A stretch of DNA of 27,224 bases from positions 1 through 27,224 of the IMG/VR virus record IMGVR_UViG_3300017903_000528; one strand, written 5' to 3'. This stretch comes from a virus (taxonomy: Duplodnaviria > Caudoviricetes). Positions 24,941-27,224 of this stretch are shown here, piece by piece (position 1 is the first letter of the stretch; every line of letters starts with the position of its first letter). The position numbers and the translations under genes were made by a program. The notes beneath the pieces were generated by a model. It was given only the letters and a program-made list of their open reading frames with translations, had not been told where the DNA came from and did not search any database.

Positions 24941-25132
24941 ATGAACTATTTTTCATCAGAAGATATGGATTGTGTTTGCTACATTGAAGAGAAAACAAAC
25001 AATGTAGTAATTAAGTTCTTTAATATGCCAAATAAGGATGCTGCAGAACTATTTACAATCTATGCTATGAACAGATTAGGATTTGATTATCATCCTTTAA
25101 ATGAGGAAATGCAGAGCAAAGAAGTTCACTAA
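24941..25132 (+). CDS. Hypothetical protein upstream of terminase
   Basis: 63-aa ORF ending 3 nt before TerL. Confidence 0.6.
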   Translation: MNYFSSEDMDCVCYIEEKTNNVVIKFFNMPNKDAAELFTIYAMNRLGFDYHPLNEEMQSKEVH

Positions 25133-25135
25133 TGT

Positions 25136-26407
25136 ATGCAGATCAAAATACCTTACACGCCTAGACGACATCAATCGTTCTTACACAAAGAAATATCAAG
25201 ATATAGATGGAGTGTGCTAGTTTGCCACAGAAGGTTTGGCAAAACAGTATGTATGATCAACCACCTAATTAGGTCAGCATTGTTGACCAAAGCTAAGAAT
25301 CCTAGATTTGCTTACATTGCTCCTACCTTCAAGCAGGCTAAAGCAATAGCATGGGATTATGTAAAACAGTTTACAGCAAAAATCCCAAACACTAAGTTCA
25401 ATGAAACAGAGTTAAGAGTTGATTTACCTAATGGCTCTCGTATTACTTTGCTAGGCTCTGAGAACTCAGACGGCTTGAGGGGTATATACCTAGATGGGTG
25501 TGTCATCGATGAATACGCAAACGTATCCGAAAAACTATTTCCAGAAATAATTAGACCGGCTCTATCCGACAGAAAAGGCTACTGTGTCTTTATTGGTACT
25601 CCTGCTGGCATGAACAATAACTTTTATGATCTATACCAGCACGCGCAAAGCGCAGAAGATTGGTTTCATTACAAAGCTAAAGCTAGTCAAACAAAGATAG
25701 TTGATCAAGATGAATTAGACAAAGCAAAAGAAGTTATGGGAGAGAAGAAGTATCAGCAAGAGTTTGAGTGCGATTGGATTGCTAATATTGAAGGCGCAAT
25801 ATACGGAGAAGTTCTAACAAAAATGGAAGATAAGCAGCAGATCAGAAGAGTACCTTACGATCCTTCTTTGCCTGTCTCTACTGCATGGGATCTTGGAGTT
25901 TCAGACCACACCGCGATTATATTCTTTCAACAGTTAGGATCAGCAATAAACATTATTGATTATTATGAGGAACGCGGTCAAGGTTTACCGCACTATATAG
26001 AAGTTATAAATGGTAAAGAATATATCTACAAAGATCACTTTGCTCCACATGATATTGAAGTTACAGATTTTAGTAATGGCAAAACAAGAAGAGAGGTAGC
26101 CTACCAATTAGGTGTGCGCTTCAAAGTCGTGCCAAAGATTCCGCTAGAAGATGGTATTCATGCAACCACAATGACTTTGCCAAGATGCTATATTGACGTA
26201 GATCATTGCAAAAAACTAATAGATGCGTTAAGACATTACCATAGGAAGTATGTTGACAAAAACAGAATGTTCCGATCAAAACCTAATCACGATTGGTCGA
26301 GTCATGCTTGTGATAGCATGAGGTATCTGTCTGTTGGCTTACAAGAATTAAACACTAGACAAACTGCTCCACAAAGTGTAGCAGATAATGAATACAGGAT
26401 TATATAA
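25136..26407 (+). CDS. terL: Terminase large subunit
   Basis: Walker A 'HRRFGKT', Walker B 'CVIDE', 'IGTP', nuclease 'AWDLG..D' and 'HDWSSHACDSMRY'. Confidence 0.95.
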   Translation: MQIKIPYTPRRHQSFLHKEISRYRWSVLVCHRRFGKTVCMINHLIRSALLTKAKNPRFAYIAPTFKQAKAIAWDYVKQFTAKIPNTKFNETELRVDLPNGSRITLLGSENSDGLRGIYLDGCVIDEYANVSEKLFPEIIRPALSDRKGYCVFIGTPAGMNNNFYDLYQHAQSAEDWFHYKAKASQTKIVDQDELDKAKEVMGEKKYQQEFECDWIANIEGAIYGEVLTKMEDKQQIRRVPYDPSLPVSTAWDLGVSDHTAIIFFQQLGSAINIIDYYEERGQGLPHYIEVINGKEYIYKDHFAPHDIEVTDFSNGKTRREVAYQLGVRFKVVPKIPLEDGIHATTMTLPRCYIDVDHCKKLIDALRHYHRKYVDKNRMFRSKPNHDWSSHACDSMRYLSVGLQELNTRQTAPQSVADNEYRII

Positions 26408-26409
26408 AT

Positions 26410-26631
26410 ATGGGATCATTATTTAAACCAAAAATGCCACCACTACCACCTGTGCAACCTGCACCAGAGCCACCAAAAGCAGAATTGTCGGCAGAAGAAA
26501 AACAAAGAATACAGCAAGAGCAAGCTGCGATGGAAAGAAGAAGAAGAGGTAGAAAGTCTACAATATTAACTGGTCCATTAGGTATTGAGGAAGAAGCAGA
26601 AGTAGAAAGAAAAACTTTGCTTGGAGGTTAA
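26410..26631 (+). CDS. Small Pro-rich virion protein (T7 gp6.7/gp7.3-like position)
   Basis: 'RGRKSTILTG...RKTLLGG'; lies before the portal. Confidence 0.6.
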   Translation: MGSLFKPKMPPLPPVQPAPEPPKAELSAEEKQRIQQEQAAMERRRRGRKSTILTGPLGIEEEAEVERKTLLGG

Positions 26632-26796
26632 ATGTTAGAGAAAATTAAAAAAATTTTTAAAAGAAAACCTAAAGCAAAAGAGGTTGTTAAAAAAGAAATT
26701 AAAAAAGAAGAACCTTTAGTTTTGACAGAAGAAATTAAAAAACCAAAAATAAAAGAAACTAAAGAAACTAAATCTTCTTTAACATTTGGAGAATAA
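26632..26796 (+). CDS. 54-aa Lys/Glu-rich protein (not in ORF track)
   Basis: GGAGG RBS; MLEKIKKIFKRKPKAKEVVKKEIKKEEPLVLTEEIKKPKIKETKETKSSLTFGE. Confidence 0.6.
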   Translation: MLEKIKKIFKRKPKAKEVVKKEIKKEEPLVLTEEIKKPKIKETKETKSSLTFGE

Positions 26797-26798
26797 TT

Positions 26799-27038
26799 AT
26801 GGGAGGAGTAGTACCAAAACCTTTTAGACCAAGACCAAAACCTGCACCTACTCCTGTTGCACCACCAACACCATCTCCAACAACAGCAGAAGTTTCTCAA
26901 GCAACAGCAACAAGTATGGATGGTTACGATAGTTTAAGAACAAAAAGAAAAGGAAGATCAGCAACAGTATTAACTGGACCAAGAGGTGTTGAAGATCAAA
27001 CAGTAACTCTAGGTAGAAGAAGTTTATTAGGTTCATAA
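26799..27038 (+). CDS. Small Pro-rich virion protein, paralogue of 26410..26631
   Basis: 'KGRSATVLTG...RRSLLGS'; GGAG RBS. Confidence 0.6.
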   Translation: MGGVVPKPFRPRPKPAPTPVAPPTPSPTTAEVSQATATSMDGYDSLRTKRKGRSATVLTGPRGVEDQTVTLGRRSLLGS

Positions 27039-27224
27039 TGGCAAAAACAGATTTATCAAAAAGCATATTAAAAAGATTTGATCGTTTATCAGCACAAAGA
27101 CAAAATTGGGAAACCCATTGGCAAGAAGTTGCAGATTATATGCAACCAAGAAAAGCAGATGTAACTAAACTTAGATCTAAAGGTGATAAACGAACTGAAC
27201 TTATTTTTGATTCCTCTCCCTTAC
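27038..27224 (+). CDS. Portal (head-tail connector) protein, N-terminal part; runs off the window
   Basis: TAATG-coupled; MAKTDLSKSILKRFDRLSAQRQNWETHWQEVADYMQPRKAD...IFDSS is a T7 gp8-like portal N-terminus. Confidence 0.85.
   Translation, partial: MAKTDLSKSILKRFDRLSAQRQNWETHWQEVADYMQPRKADVTKLRSKGDKRTELIFDSSPL

Noticed and set aside
24769-24987. 72-aa TTG-start ORF
   Set aside because: Runs through the TA run and palindromes, has no RBS and overlaps the better ORF at 24941.
771-27040. Many TAATG/ATGA stop-start overlaps
   Set aside because: Ordinary translational coupling in compact phage genomes; used only as support for gene calls.
26628-27066. Minus-strand ORFs with CCCWRWCWWC or Leu runs
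   Set aside because: Antisense read-out of Pro/Thr-rich CCA/ACA codons in + strand genes.

Overview
This window is about 27 kb of an AT-rich tailed-phage genome with a T7/podovirus-type virion module. Gene order and content closely resemble HTVC010P-type marine (SAR11/Pelagibacter) podophages; the host is inferred, not shown. On the + strand the order is: end of tail tubular protein B, GNAT-fold protein, three internal virion proteins, a modular tail-fibre/chaperone region with three tandem paralogues, a lysis cassette (M15A peptidase, holin), and a dense cluster of tiny, extremely basic ORFs, six of them missing from the ORF track. A leftward operon follows (PD-(D/E)XK exonuclease, ERF, SSB-like, DUF6378-like, stand-alone DnaA domain IV). 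It diverges from a rightward operon (Cro-like HTH, Mom-like DNA-modifying GNAT, HTH replication initiator, HGGxSTG-like Zn-finger overlapping a small terminase). Next come a second leftward block of small early genes and a palindrome-rich non-coding region that may hold the genome end or pac site. The window closes with the large terminase, small virion proteins and the start of the portal. I saw no polymerase, integrase, reverse transcriptase, tRNA or CRISPR array. Family calls come from motif recognition, not database searches. The best leads are the polycationic micro-protein cluster with a split DUF5872-like gene pair, an anti-Shine-Dalgarno RNA switch downstream of the SSB-like gene, the triplicated fibre-tip genes, and a repeated 24-bp promoter-like motif.
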